A stretch of DNA of 64,000 nt, taken from positions 69,724,014 to 69,788,013 of the forward strand of contig NC_068989.1 in NCBI RefSeq assembly GCF_001194135.2. Reading direction: 5' to 3'. The DNA is from Octopus bimaculoides. Its lineage: Eukaryota. Positions 63,735 through 64,000 of this stretch are shown piece after piece. The notes under the pieces are model-generated. The model made no database searches. It had not been told where the DNA came from and saw only the letters and a list, made by a program, of their open reading frames with translations. Every line of letters begins with the position of its first letter. Position 1 is the first letter of the stretch. A program made the translations under genes and the position numbers.

Positions 63735-64000
63735 ATCTTCTACAAGTGTGGTTGTGTGGTAAGAAGCTTGCTTCTCAATCACATGGGTTCCAGGTTCAGT
63801 CCCACTGCATGGCACCTGGGGCAAGTGTCTTTTACTATCCTTGGGCCAACCAAAGCCTTGTAAGTGGATTTGATAGATGGAAACTGAAAGAATCCCGTCG
63901 TGGCCCTGCTCAGTATGTAGAAAAGGAGTAGGTAGTAACTCTATAAGATGTACCCGGTGCNNNNNNNNNNACTGATATACTAGGCTTACAAAGAACAAGT
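63735..64000 (+). mobile_element. SINE B, low divergence, runs off the window
   Basis: GTGGTTGTGTGGTAAGAAGC...GGTTCAGTCCCACTGCATGGCACCTGGGGCAAGTG. Confidence 0.88.

Overview
AT-rich, repeat-dense eukaryotic DNA from a gapped draft assembly. The repeat complement (tRNA-headed SINEs with ATG/ATT tails, (TA)/(CA)/(TG) microsatellites, RTE relics) looks like a coleoid cephalopod, most likely Octopus; this is inference from family recognition, not a database result. I cannot support any complete protein-coding gene, tRNA, rRNA, miRNA or CRISPR array. The supplied ORFs are almost all microsatellite, N-gap or SINE read-through, so the window is probably intronic or intergenic, with only weak candidate small exons. 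What is supported: four tRNA/RTE-type SINE families (my labels A, B, C, H) with interchangeable 3' tails; two TTAA-flanked piggyBac-like MITE families (E about 7 copies, F about 18) that nest repeatedly; hAT/Buster-type elements, one with a transposase C-terminal remnant; LINE relics; a 103/106-nt inverted repeat; and an older ~365-bp foldback. Family labels are mine, and boundaries of old copies are approximate (about 10-20 bp).
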